A stretch of DNA of 20,000 bases, taken from the IMG/VR virus record IMGVR_UViG_3300044608_000562. One strand, written 5' to 3'. A program made the position numbers and the translations under genes. The notes under the pieces were generated by a model. It saw nothing but the letters and a program-made list of their open reading frames with translations, was not told where the DNA came from and searched no databases. Of this stretch, positions 1 to 8,304 are shown in pieces. Numbering within the stretch: position 1 is the first letter of the stretch; every line of letters starts with the position of its first letter. Source of the stretch: an uncultured virus (IMG/VR IMGVR_UViG_3300044608_000562). Taxonomy: Duplodnaviria > Heunggongvirae > Uroviricota > Caudoviricetes.

Positions 1-1547
1 TTCGGGTATCGGATATACAACCCATTAGGCAGTCGTAGACCTGTGCTGTTTACTCTTACTGCATCGTGTTGCCCCAACGAATACTCATTCATCTCGCTAG
101 TCCAACCTGCGATATGACTCAGCGCCATCTCTGAATCACGCCACAAGTCCACGATCTTGTCGTTGATGCTGCGATACAGGTTCACGATCTGCTTGCACTC
201 GTCTTCTGGCAAGTCGGCTCCCGGCGGCTGCGTCTTCAGCGTGTGCCGTAACTTCGCTGCACCTGTGCCGTAGCCAAGTCCAAGGATGCAGGTCTTACCT
301 ACGAACCGTTCGACGGGATCGGCCTTGCTGATCGGTCGCTTGTAAATCTTGCTAGCGAACCTGCTGTATACGTCATCACCCTCGCGGAACTGCTCAACCA
401 GAGCATGCTCTCCTGCAAGCCACGCCAGAACCCGTGCTTCGATCTGTGAACTGTCACAGTTAATAACGGTGTAGCCTTCGGGTGCAATCACCGAGTTCTT
501 CAGTGTCTTCTTTTTCTTGTCGCGGCTAGGCAGGTTCTGGAAATTAACCGAGTCAGTCCCGGCCCAACGGCCTGTGTGAGCGCCGTAATACTTGAGCGGG
601 ATAGGTAGCCGACCGCGATTCCTAGCACCAATACCGATAAAGCGTTCAATGCGTGACTCCTCTATGGTTGACTTAGTACCCAAACGCACGGCGCACAGTT
701 GCTGTACAAGCGGGTTATCGGATTCCAGTAATGCGATAAAGCCCTCGTCGTTCTTGGCGAGAGCGAAAGTTTCCTTGTTCGTTGTGACACTGACTTTCTT
801 GGGCGGCTCGACACCGTGTTCTTTTAAGACAGCAGCGAACTGCGGGTTGCTTGCCAACTTCTTGCGTACATCTTCTTCGGTAGCCGCGCCGAGTTTGTCC
901 ATCAGACCGCGCAGCAGTTCAGACTTCTCCTGTTTGATTTCTTCAAGACGCTGTAGCAACAAGGCGTCGTCAACATGCAGCACAGGTTGCGTATACATAC
1001 GCAGCGTCATGTCGATGAGGTCTAGTTCGGACTGCGGGAACCCTTCGGCAAGCAGAGCGTTGAACAACCTGAAGGTGAGTTGAGTGTCGTTTATGCAGTA
1101 TTCCGCATAACGCTCAAGTTCTTCTTTGTTGAAGTCAGCGCGGCGTTTGCCAAGAGCGTTGACAACCTCTGTACCTTTCTTACCCAACGAGTACCGCTCG
1201 ACTAGTGCGGCCAGCGAACCTCCCGCATCAACACCATGTATTGCACGTGCCATACACAGCGTATCAAAGTAGTACGCCGGGACTATGTTGAAGATGAACG
1301 ACAGAATCGCACCATCGAATTGAGTATTATGGCAGAGCAGCGCGGAGTTGCTCCAATCAACTTGCCCAAGCCATGCCTTGATCTCGGCATGCGTACCGCT
1401 GAACCACATCGGGGCGTCATCGTCGATCTTCATCGACACGCCTATAACTTCAAACTTAGGATTGCGTACGTACTCCTCAGTAGTCAACCTGCTAAGGCTG
1501 AAGTCCTTGGCGTAATACGTTTCAAAATCTAGCGTTACAAAACTCAT
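1..1547 (-). CDS. polA: Phage DNA polymerase family A (3'-5' exonuclease + polymerase; no 5'-3' exonuclease domain); C-terminus runs off the window
   Basis: Not in the ORF track (open at the edge). Manual translation from ATG 1547 (ATGA overlap with upstream stop): MSFVTLDFETYY... ExoI LDFET, ExoII HNTQFD, ExoIII YCIND, TGRW..NFQNLP, motif A DSSQIEARVLA, motif B RFVGKTCILGLGYG. Confidence 0.95.
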   Translation of the reverse strand, partial: MSFVTLDFETYYAKDFSLSRLTTEEYVRNPKFEVIGVSMKIDDDAPMWFSGTHAEIKAWLGQVDWSNSALLCHNTQFDGAILSFIFNIVPAYYFDTLCMARAIHGVDAGGSLAALVERYSLGKKGTEVVNALGKRRADFNKEELERYAEYCINDTQLTFRLFNALLAEGFPQSELDLIDMTLRMYTQPVLHVDDALLLQRLEEIKQEKSELLRGLMDKLGAATEEDVRKKLASNPQFAAVLKEHGVEPPKKVSVTTNKETFALAKNDEGFIALLESDNPLVQQLCAVRLGTKSTIEESRIERFIGIGARNRGRLPIPLKYYGAHTGRWAGTDSVNFQNLPSRDKKKKTLKNSVIAPEGYTVINCDSSQIEARVLAWLAGEHALVEQFREGDDVYSRFASKIYKRPISKADPVERFVGKTCILGLGYGTGAAKLRHTLKTQPPGADLPEDECKQIVNLYRSINDKIVDLWRDSEMALSHIAGWTSEMNEYSLGQHDAVRVNSTGLRLPNGLYIRYP

Positions 1548-2092
1548 GGATCGACGCTCCATGTTTCTGTCTGACGCTCAAGCCTAGGCCACTCAGATTC
1601 AGTGATGAACGACTTGTCTTGCACGAGTACATGATTAGTGGGCTGCGCCGTAAACCTGCCGTTGTCTAACTTGATGAAGTAAAACTCTTTGGACTGTTCT
1701 GGTTCCAAACTAAATCCATCAAGCATAGGTATGGCTGTGAACATGTATCGCCCAGTCAGTTCTTCTTTAGAACGCAGGCGAACGCGCATTGTTACGGCTT
1801 CAAGGAACGGATACTCCACCACGCTGAAGTGATGTCCGTAGCAATCCCAAGTCTGGCTATCGCACGGCATCCAATTCATTGTCGTGGTCGATACCTTGTG
1901 CATGAGTCTGTGCAGCGGCACGTTCCGATACACTGCCCCACACTCCAACATAACGTGACAACCCCAAGTACGACCGGGATGGCTCACTAGCCCAAACCAC
2001 GCCACTCGCTCCCAGTCACTGTTACCAAACGTGTGTGGCTGAACATAACAATACGTATGTCTTGGTAACGGCCCTGCACTCGAATAAATCAT
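1544..2092 (-). CDS. Hypothetical phage protein (182 aa)
   Basis: ATGA overlaps at both ends (1544-1547, 2089-2092); globular-looking sequence (GAVYRNVPLH, WDCYG, LDNGRFTAQPTN) resembling a widespread uncharacterised phage family. Confidence 0.75.
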   Translation of the reverse strand: MIYSSAGPLPRHTYCYVQPHTFGNSDWERVAWFGLVSHPGRTWGCHVMLECGAVYRNVPLHRLMHKVSTTTMNWMPCDSQTWDCYGHHFSVVEYPFLEAVTMRVRLRSKEELTGRYMFTAIPMLDGFSLEPEQSKEFYFIKLDNGRFTAQPTNHVLVQDKSFITESEWPRLERQTETWSVDP

Positions 2093-2271
2093 TTCTTCTT
2101 ACCACCCTTTTTTAATGTGGCGACTTCTTCGCGCAGCCGCCTGATCTCGTCGTGACATGCCCAAAGCACCCCACCTACGGTGAGGAACTTAAATTCTGTA
2201 GTTGTTCCAGTGTCATTGATCTCGTTCGGTAACGCACGAATCAAGTCCAAGATGTCTTCTTCAGTTTCCAT
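2089..2271 (-). CDS. Small hypothetical protein (60 aa) with C-terminal coiled coil
   Basis: Fills the gap in the operon, coupled to the next gene; ACHDEIRRLREEV is a helical heptad pattern common in small phage proteins. Confidence 0.65.
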   Translation of the reverse strand: METEEDILDLIRALPNEINDTGTTTEFKFLTVGGVLWACHDEIRRLREEVATLKKGGKKK

Positions 2272-2280
2272 TATTGGACT

Positions 2281-2559
2281 CTACTTCGGCACGATGAAGT
2301 CTCGTTTGACTTGATCGCGTACCAACGTCAGCAGTTTGCAAATCACGTGCGTCTGAGACTTGGTTTTACCGTTACGGTTCAGCGAGTCGAACTCTGCGGA
2401 GTAAATCTCAATGATGTCCCACCGCAGCACTTCCAACTTACCGTCATCGTCGATCTTCGCCCACACCGTTTCGGGCATGGCAATCTTCTTCACGTGTTCT
2501 TCGGGGATGATCAAGTATGCATCATCGTCCTCGACCGTCTCTTTCTTAATCTCACTCAT
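2281..2559 (-). CDS. Hypothetical protein (about 92 aa)
   Basis: Start likely ATG 2559 (MSEIKKET) with GGAG upstream, overlapping the end of the glycosyltransferase gene. Confidence 0.65.
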   Translation of the reverse strand: MSEIKKETVEDDDAYLIIPEEHVKKIAMPETVWAKIDDDGKLEVLRWDIIEIYSAEFDSLNRNGKTKSQTHVICKLLTLVRDQVKRDFIVPK

Positions 2560-3229
2560 GAACAATCTCCTTGGCTACGTTCATCCATTCTTTCCCATAT
2601 TCAACATCTACCCAATCCTTGAACCACGGCCCACCTCTGGTGAAGTGAACGGCTTGCGGGTTCGGGCAATCATTTTTCGTATGCCACCCTTCCAGATAGT
2701 TGTAGGCAATCGGCAGATCGCCTATGCATGCGTCCCACAAGAACCTCAGTTGATGAAGGTACATGCCAGACTCACGGTTCACGATCTCGGGGGTGAGCGT
2801 CTTAACGTGTAAGTGTTCACAGTTCCACAGGATCATGCTCGACCAATTCTTACGCGGATACTGATGTTGCACCGCCCCGTCCATCTTCGTTGACTCTTTC
2901 GGCTTGTAGTCGTGCTTCACTACAACCACGCCGTAGTACGGGTTCATGTAGTCCTGCAACGCAGCGACATCACCTCGCCAGAAAAAGTCACAGTCCATGA
3001 ACACCGCCCACCCCTTGTACCCTGCAAGGTGCGGCACGAGGAAACGGGTGAAGGAAAACTCTGTCGATGACAACGGGTCATGCTCACGCCAGTACAGGTT
3101 CCGTTCGCGCATCTCCTGTTGTTTGATCGGCTGAATCTCAAGCGGCACGGACGTATGCTTGAGCAGAGAGTGACGGCACACTTGGTACGCGATGTCTTCG
3201 CGGCTGTCCCAACCAATAAAGATTTTCAT
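2552..3229 (-). CDS. GT-A fold nucleotide-diphospho-sugar transferase (GT8-related, CDI-like)
   Basis: IFIGWDSRE, STEFSFTRFLVP, DxD motif FMDCD, YPRKNWSS and HFTRGGPWF match the plant CDI-like/bacterial GT family pattern. Confidence 0.88.
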   Translation of the reverse strand: MKIFIGWDSREDIAYQVCRHSLLKHTSVPLEIQPIKQQEMRERNLYWREHDPLSSTEFSFTRFLVPHLAGYKGWAVFMDCDFFWRGDVAALQDYMNPYYGVVVVKHDYKPKESTKMDGAVQHQYPRKNWSSMILWNCEHLHVKTLTPEIVNRESGMYLHQLRFLWDACIGDLPIAYNYLEGWHTKNDCPNPQAVHFTRGGPWFKDWVDVEYGKEWMNVAKEIVHE

Positions 3230-3585
3230 GTCTTCTTGATCCCCTGTGCTAGAGCAAGGAACTTCTCCAATTTCTGCACTGTGATTTCCGTGCTGTTTAT
3301 TCCGAATACGATCCCGGCTTTCTCGGCAAGTTTGATCACGTTATATAACTCGCCGCCTTCCAGAGAACGGGCGCACTCTTCGCAGTGTGTTTTCTTACGT
3401 AGCCTTGGGTAAAGGTTGCAGTAGTCGCAAGTCAGTTCCTTGTCCATCCACTGCCAGCCAAAACATATTCGCATCATGGCGCGGTGAAATGCGTGGGGTT
3501 TGCGGGTTACTCCAAACTGCTGGACACCCTCCGCGCCCGGCAGTAGCCAACGGCCTAGTTCTTTCTTCTGATGCACAGATGTCAT
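3226..3585 (-). CDS. Hypothetical protein with CxxC-x10-CxxC zinc-binding motif
   Basis: CDYC...CEEC; GAGGGGAG RBS upstream; ATGA overlap at 3226-3229. Confidence 0.65.
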   Translation of the reverse strand: MTSVHQKKELGRWLLPGAEGVQQFGVTRKPHAFHRAMMRICFGWQWMDKELTCDYCNLYPRLRKKTHCEECARSLEGGELYNVIKLAEKAGIVFGINSTEITVQKLEKFLALAQGIKKT

Positions 3586-3621
3586 TTGCTTTCTCCCCTC
3601 ATACTTTCATGTCTTCGCTAA

Positions 3622-3807
3622 TCATGGCTCTTGCACCCATCTTGCGTCTGTACTTTTCAACTGTCTCACCTCAGTTTCCAGTTCTTCAATGCGAGACACG
3701 TACCATCTGATTCGCTCACGCATCTCGCGTATCTCTTGTTGATATTCCGATATGGTATGGGACATACGATCCCATTCAACTACCCATTCATCTTCTATAT
3801 TTTTCAT
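3622..3807 (-). CDS. Small coiled-coil hypothetical protein (61 aa)
   Basis: ATGA overlap at 3804-3807; heptad pattern YQQEIREMRERIRWYVSRIEELETEVRQL. Confidence 0.65.
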   Translation of the reverse strand: MKNIEDEWVVEWDRMSHTISEYQQEIREMRERIRWYVSRIEELETEVRQLKSTDARWVQEP

Positions 3808-5666
3808 ACACCCTCAAATAGTTTCTTACGGCTTGGCCCCTTGTAATGGACGATCTTCGCATCGTCATGCTTGTGTTCCGGTAAGCATCCATAAACTGAT
3901 TCTGGTGCTTCCGCGCATCCGTACTTTTCTGCGTAGATACGCAGTGCTTCTTGATCGCCGTACCATTTCTTAAATTTCGGCTCTAGGCTGTTGAAGATAG
4001 ACAGAATGTCTGCCCACACACCACCGTCTCGCGTAGCCACCATGCAACCCACATAAGGGTAAATATCTCCGATGGACTTGCCCTCGTATTCATCAAAGCG
4101 CAGCCCACGTTGCTCTATGTTGAACTTGTCATCGCCGTTGAACGACCGGCGGCAAAACGCAACTTGCGTCCCGCTCAGTATTTCTTCTACATCAATCTCG
4201 CTCTGGATGATCATGTCGGTATCGACATAAATGGCGGGGCGGTCGAGTTTCAGATTGGTGTATGCCATGGTACGGGCATACATAAGATTGTCGGTATCAA
4301 TCTCCGTTTCGTAGCGATCAGTGATGCCCATGACATCTGGCGTAGAACTGTCTGTACACATGATTACGTTAGCGTCGGGGTTGTGCCGCAGCAAAGACTT
4401 CACCATCTTCTGTGGATAGGAAATATCCTTGCCCACGTGGAAGAAAACGAAAGTCTGGCGTCGTCCTTGGCGTTCACCCAACATCACTTCAAGTTCTTCT
4501 TGGACTTGGCTCAACTGCAAGTCCCACGGCGCGTTCATGTTCTCGCGTTGGAAGATTTTGACACCGGAGTACCAGAGGCTTTCGTTGCCCACACGGTTGT
4601 TCCAGTACCAGAGTTTGTTGGCATCAAGAAGTAGAACATCCTTGCCCATCGCCCCTGCCAGATGCACGTTCGCGCACGAGGGCGAGATGATTACGGTACA
4701 TATCTCCATGAGCGCAGCGACATTCTCCATGTCGAAAAAGGTATCGATGTGCGTGGTGATGAGACTTGGATGAAACCCATCGCCGTCTCTCTGTGAGTCC
4801 CCGTACTGAAGATTGATAAACTTCAAATGCGGCTTGTCCAGTATCGGACGGAATGCTTCAAGCGGCACGGACTTGTGACCGCCGATGATCGGTGCGGTGC
4901 TTGTCCACGTAAGTCCTACAACGAAATCACCTTCGTGGAATCCATACTCTTTACGGAGCATAGCCACGCGCTCTGGATCGGCCTTGATGTAGCCAAACGT
5001 CACGCTCGGCGCGATATCTCGGACTGAGTTAATGAAGTATTTACCCAGAGAGGCAATCGGTATGTGCGAGTCGTGTTCGCTCATCTTCACTCGTGAGTTG
5101 TGCGAGATGAACTTGACGTTCTCAGCCCTGCACCCACGCTGAAAGAGGTTAGCCACGCGCAGGTCGATCATCACCGTGATCTCGTCTACTTCCTTGGCTA
5201 ACTTTTCAATCAAAGACCCGTAAAGAATCTGATCACCGATGCCCTGCTCACACCAGATGATCGGGCGGCGTAGCCCCTTGCCACGCTCCCACTGCGGGTG
5301 CTTGGTGTGGAGTTTGGGAGACTTGAAAGACTTACTTCCCCATCGCCGCTCGTAGCCTTCCCAACCCTTTTTGAAGTCGCCCATCTGCAGGGCTAGAAGT
5401 CCAACAGTCCATCCTGCATCGTCGTTGTGCGGCTCCAGTTGGGTAGCGATTTCAAAATGCTGCCGTGCTAGTTCCCAACGGTGCATCTCCCAATGGCATC
5501 GCCCAATCTGCAACTCGACTGCCGTGAGAATTGGTAGAGTGATGTGTACGTTAGTCAGAAGGCCAATAGCCTCGTCGTACTTGCCGCTCTCAGCCGTCTC
5601 AAAGCCCATCTTGTAAATGGCTTGTGCAAACTCGGCTAGGCTTTTCTGTTTGGTTTCTTCGCTCAC
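3804..5666 (-). CDS. TPR + GT9-like (GT-B) glycosyltransferase fused to a C-terminal GT8-like (GT-A) domain
   Basis: N-terminal TPR helices; EQGIGD, VGLTW, FINLQYG, HLAGAMG, SLWY motifs of TPR-GT9 proteins; C-terminal ~215 aa with YVDTD (DxD), WYGDQEAL, IVHYKG. Start re-called at GTG 5666 (GGGAG RBS, GTGA overlap) rather than 5702. Confidence 0.85.
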   Translation of the reverse strand: MSEETKQKSLAEFAQAIYKMGFETAESGKYDEAIGLLTNVHITLPILTAVELQIGRCHWEMHRWELARQHFEIATQLEPHNDDAGWTVGLLALQMGDFKKGWEGYERRWGSKSFKSPKLHTKHPQWERGKGLRRPIIWCEQGIGDQILYGSLIEKLAKEVDEITVMIDLRVANLFQRGCRAENVKFISHNSRVKMSEHDSHIPIASLGKYFINSVRDIAPSVTFGYIKADPERVAMLRKEYGFHEGDFVVGLTWTSTAPIIGGHKSVPLEAFRPILDKPHLKFINLQYGDSQRDGDGFHPSLITTHIDTFFDMENVAALMEICTVIISPSCANVHLAGAMGKDVLLLDANKLWYWNNRVGNESLWYSGVKIFQRENMNAPWDLQLSQVQEELEVMLGERQGRRQTFVFFHVGKDISYPQKMVKSLLRHNPDANVIMCTDSSTPDVMGITDRYETEIDTDNLMYARTMAYTNLKLDRPAIYVDTDMIIQSEIDVEEILSGTQVAFCRRSFNGDDKFNIEQRGLRFDEYEGKSIGDIYPYVGCMVATRDGGVWADILSIFNSLEPKFKKWYGDQEALRIYAEKYGCAEAPESVYGCLPEHKHDDAKIVHYKGPSRKKLFEGV

Positions 5667-5782
5667 CAGTAGTCTCTCCCTGTTCCACGCTTCGCTGCCC
5701 ACTCAGGTGGCGGCACGTGCGCCCATGCTCGTTTACGCTCCCACTTCCACCGTCTCCACATATCAAGCATCCACCTAATCAT
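5663..5782 (-). CDS. Small Trp/Arg-rich peptide (39 aa), MIRWMLDMWRRWKWERKRAWAHVPPPEWAAKRGTGRDYW
   Basis: Below the ORF-track cutoff; ATGA overlap with the methyltransferase stop (5779-5782) and GTGA overlap with the TPR-GT start (5663-5666), exactly filling the gap. Confidence 0.6.
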   Translation of the reverse strand: MIRWMLDMWRRWKWERKRAWAHVPPPEWAAKRGTGRDYW

Positions 5783-6417
5783 GTTGGCTCCTGCGGTACG
5801 ATTTGTAAGACAGTAAGCGGTATTGAAATGGCAGTCTTCCTGCCTTCGCGAGGATAGATAAGAACTCTACCTACTGACTCTAGCATCATCGCGTTGACGA
5901 CACCCTTCTCGACTCCTTCAAAATCATCCATGACAAACACGGTTTTCTCGTGAATGATCTTGTTCAGCGGCTCAACATCCTGCTGACTCAGCCGACCATC
6001 AAGATAGATTAAATCCACCTTCGCGCCCTTCTCAGCCATGTCAGAGAACATCTCGTGCGAGGGCTTCTTGGGGTACTGAAAGATGTTGGGTACATCTAAA
6101 TTGATATCGTTCGACACATCACAGGTGTAGATGTCCACCATACGATTACAGGCGAGGTTCATCGTCAAAGTAGACACGCCGATGAACGTGCCGACTTCTG
6201 CTATGGCATCGGGCTTGAAGAAACGAACGATGCGGAATAATTCTTCCGCATCACTCATCGGTACAGACCCAGTGTTGTAGTCAGCGCGGTATCGCAGTTG
6301 ATTCTGCGCCACTATGATCTTTTCTATATCAGCCCACGGCAGGTCAACGACTTCCTCATCAATGATGCCCCACACGATCTCGCTCAGTCGCTTACGACCG
6401 ATCTGTATAGTGTTCAC
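5779..6417 (-). CDS. Class I SAM-dependent methyltransferase (Methyltransf_24-like, O-methyltransferase type)
   Basis: Motif I IAEVGTFIGVST, IYTCD, DLIYLDG, VFVMDD; lacks DNA MTase DPPY/PC motifs. Confidence 0.85.
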   Translation of the reverse strand: MNTIQIGRKRLSEIVWGIIDEEVVDLPWADIEKIIVAQNQLRYRADYNTGSVPMSDAEELFRIVRFFKPDAIAEVGTFIGVSTLTMNLACNRMVDIYTCDVSNDINLDVPNIFQYPKKPSHEMFSDMAEKGAKVDLIYLDGRLSQQDVEPLNKIIHEKTVFVMDDFEGVEKGVVNAMMLESVGRVLIYPREGRKTAISIPLTVLQIVPQEPT

Positions 6418-7232
6418 TGGATGGCTCCCTTCAAGTCCTTGAGAACCTTGTTCTGGATGTCGTGGATGTCGCTGCTCAAGTCACGTACAACGAGTTTGAG
6501 ATTCCCGAACTTGTGCGGATTGAACGCATGCCACGCCAACGCGACGTAATCCATGTTGGTCAGTCGCTTGTCTTCTAAGCAACGTCTATACAAGTTAGAC
6601 ACGGAACGTGGCGCTTTTTCAAAATTCCCGTGGATCATGTCGTTATATGCGTAGATGATCGTGGACTTACGATCTGGATGAGCCATCAAAGACAAGATGA
6701 CTCCCGCACGGCAGGACGCCGTACTGACCCGCGCCTTGTTGGTGCTAGTGGCATGCTCGTCAAAGTAGTCGAGGTACTCACGCGCAAAGTTCTCAGTGAC
6801 TTCGCTCTGCTCGACCGTGTGGCGGCTAGTGCCATACGGATACAACGCAGTTCTGATGAGCGCACCAATGATGGCCTGACGATTGTTTTCTACGCCACGA
6901 CGAAACGCTAGGGATCGCGCTTTACCTGCATCGTAGTGTGCGAACGCATGCGGCTCGACGTTACGGGCGACGAGAAAAGGCAGCGAGACATTCGCCAGTT
7001 CAACAGCGTGAAGTCTATGCCACCCGTCGATCAACGCGCCTGTGTTATCGAATGAAATGGTTTGGGCTACATCGGTATCCCATGTGCCATTCTTCATCGC
7101 ATCGGCATACGTCTGGATCACGCCCTTGAAGTCACGCCCCTTCTGACGAACGTGAACATTGGACAGATACTGACGCGCTTTCTTTGCGTCGATGGTCTCG
7201 ACTTGATAAGTATACTTAACTCTTTTAGACAT
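6414..7232 (-). CDS. ParB/Srx N-terminal-like domain protein
   Basis: YADAMKNGTW...ISFDNTGALIDGWHRLHAV...YDAGKARS pattern of phage ParB-like proteins. Confidence 0.7.
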   Translation of the reverse strand: MSKRVKYTYQVETIDAKKARQYLSNVHVRQKGRDFKGVIQTYADAMKNGTWDTDVAQTISFDNTGALIDGWHRLHAVELANVSLPFLVARNVEPHAFAHYDAGKARSLAFRRGVENNRQAIIGALIRTALYPYGTSRHTVEQSEVTENFAREYLDYFDEHATSTNKARVSTASCRAGVILSLMAHPDRKSTIIYAYNDMIHGNFEKAPRSVSNLYRRCLEDKRLTNMDYVALAWHAFNPHKFGNLKLVVRDLSSDIHDIQNKVLKDLKGAIQ

Positions 7233-7234
7233 GA

Positions 7235-7621
7235 TTAAGCCCTCTCACGGACAGTGATTTCACGGTCAAGATAGAACCGTGCTTTCTTTAGGTCTTCAAC
7301 AGGATCGGTGTGCTTCTTACCTGCACGTACCACGTACTTGACTACGTTGCCTAAGCGGTAGTTCAAATCTTTGGCTTCGATGAAGTCGAGCGTCTCGACA
7401 CCACCAGTCGTGTAGTGAAGCGGTTTGTTTACTATGTCGTTCTTGATCTCAGTTATTGCTGCAAGAATTCTTGACGGTTTGGCCTTGTTCTTGTAGTTAC
7501 GAATCACAAGTCGCACTAGCGAATCTTTGTAACCCGTTTTTTCTTTGATTTCTTTGACCGACAAACCCGCAGTAAAATATCTGCGGATCACCTCTGACTT
7601 ATTAACTTTCTTCCTACTCAT
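7235..7621 (-). CDS. N-terminal HTH-like segment fused to DUF3310 (T7 gp1.7-like nucleotide kinase family)
   Basis: C-terminal DIVNKPLHYTTGGVETLDFI...GNVVKYVVRAGKK...EDLKKARFYL is the DUF3310 signature; N-terminal KSEVIRRYFTAGLSVKEIKEKTG looks HTH-like. Confidence 0.8.
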   Translation of the reverse strand: MSRKKVNKSEVIRRYFTAGLSVKEIKEKTGYKDSLVRLVIRNYKNKAKPSRILAAITEIKNDIVNKPLHYTTGGVETLDFIEAKDLNYRLGNVVKYVVRAGKKHTDPVEDLKKARFYLDREITVRERA

Positions 7622-7896
7622 TTCATTAACTCCTTCAACTGATTTACGTTTGACTCGTCTATAACTAAGGCAACTCCACCTGCTTTACGCACATCATCAA
7701 GATGCTTTAGTTGCAGCGCAGTCGGTTTGTTGCCATTTGCTTTACACTCTATAGCATAAAACAAGCCTTGTTTACAAACTAAAAAATCTGGGACACCAGA
7801 AGAAAAGAAACCAGTTCCCATCGGCATCGCGTAATACGCTTCCATCTCCATAAGAATTTTCTTTACCTTCGCTTTGACTTTGGCTTCAGGCGTCAC
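7618..7896 (-). CDS. VRR-NUC domain endonuclease (PD-(D/E)xK, Holliday junction resolvase-like)
   Basis: GVPDFLVC..FYAIECKA..KPTALQ; start re-called at GTG 7896 with GAAGGAG RBS, not 8055. Confidence 0.88.
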   Translation of the reverse strand: MTPEAKVKAKVKKILMEMEAYYAMPMGTGFFSSGVPDFLVCKQGLFYAIECKANGNKPTALQLKHLDDVRKAGGVALVIDESNVNQLKELMK

Positions 7897-7922
7897 AGTG
7901 GCTCCTTCAATAGGAATAGTTA

Positions 7923-8303
7923 CTATTCTGACATTGTCATACCTCCACGTAATTCTTGAAAGAGGGGGGTGGGTAATACGAGACAGTAGTGCTGCTTGTA
8001 CCGCCAACCTATGTCGATAAGCACGGGTGGGTAAGCGGCATCGTCGAACATCCACACCATCGCGTAATTTTCGCTAGGCTGATCTGTGATACTTGTGTGC
8101 CTACTACTCTGGTGAATCTTCTCCCAGTCATAGGCGTTGATTAGACCGACTATGACCTTGATCTCATTGGGTAAAGTGGCATCGGTAAACTCGCGCTTTA
8201 CGTTTTCATCTAAGAAAATTTTATACAGACCGTCTTCGATGTTCGCGTAAGTGCGATACCCTTCGCCTATCTTCAGTGGCGTATAAGTTTTATATACGGA
8301 CAT
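7923..8303 (-). CDS. Hypothetical protein (126 aa)
   Basis: Abuts the upstream stop at 8305; co-oriented with the operon. Confidence 0.7.
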   Translation of the reverse strand: MSVYKTYTPLKIGEGYRTYANIEDGLYKIFLDENVKREFTDATLPNEIKVIVGLINAYDWEKIHQSSRHTSITDQPSENYAMVWMFDDAAYPPVLIDIGWRYKQHYCLVLPTPLFQELRGGMTMSE

Positions 8304-8304
8304 A

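Noticed and set aside
5779..6417. Methyltransferase as a DNA methyltransferase
   Set aside because: No DPPY/NPPY or PCQ catalytic motif; the pattern fits small-molecule/sugar O-methyltransferases.
6414..7232. DndB/DGQHR phosphorothioation system
   Set aside because: Only a DGxHR-like motif; no dnd/ssp genes nearby.
7897..8055. N-terminal extension of VRR-NUC in the ORF track
   Set aside because: Overlaps gene 7923-8303; the domain and a strong RBS point to GTG 7896.
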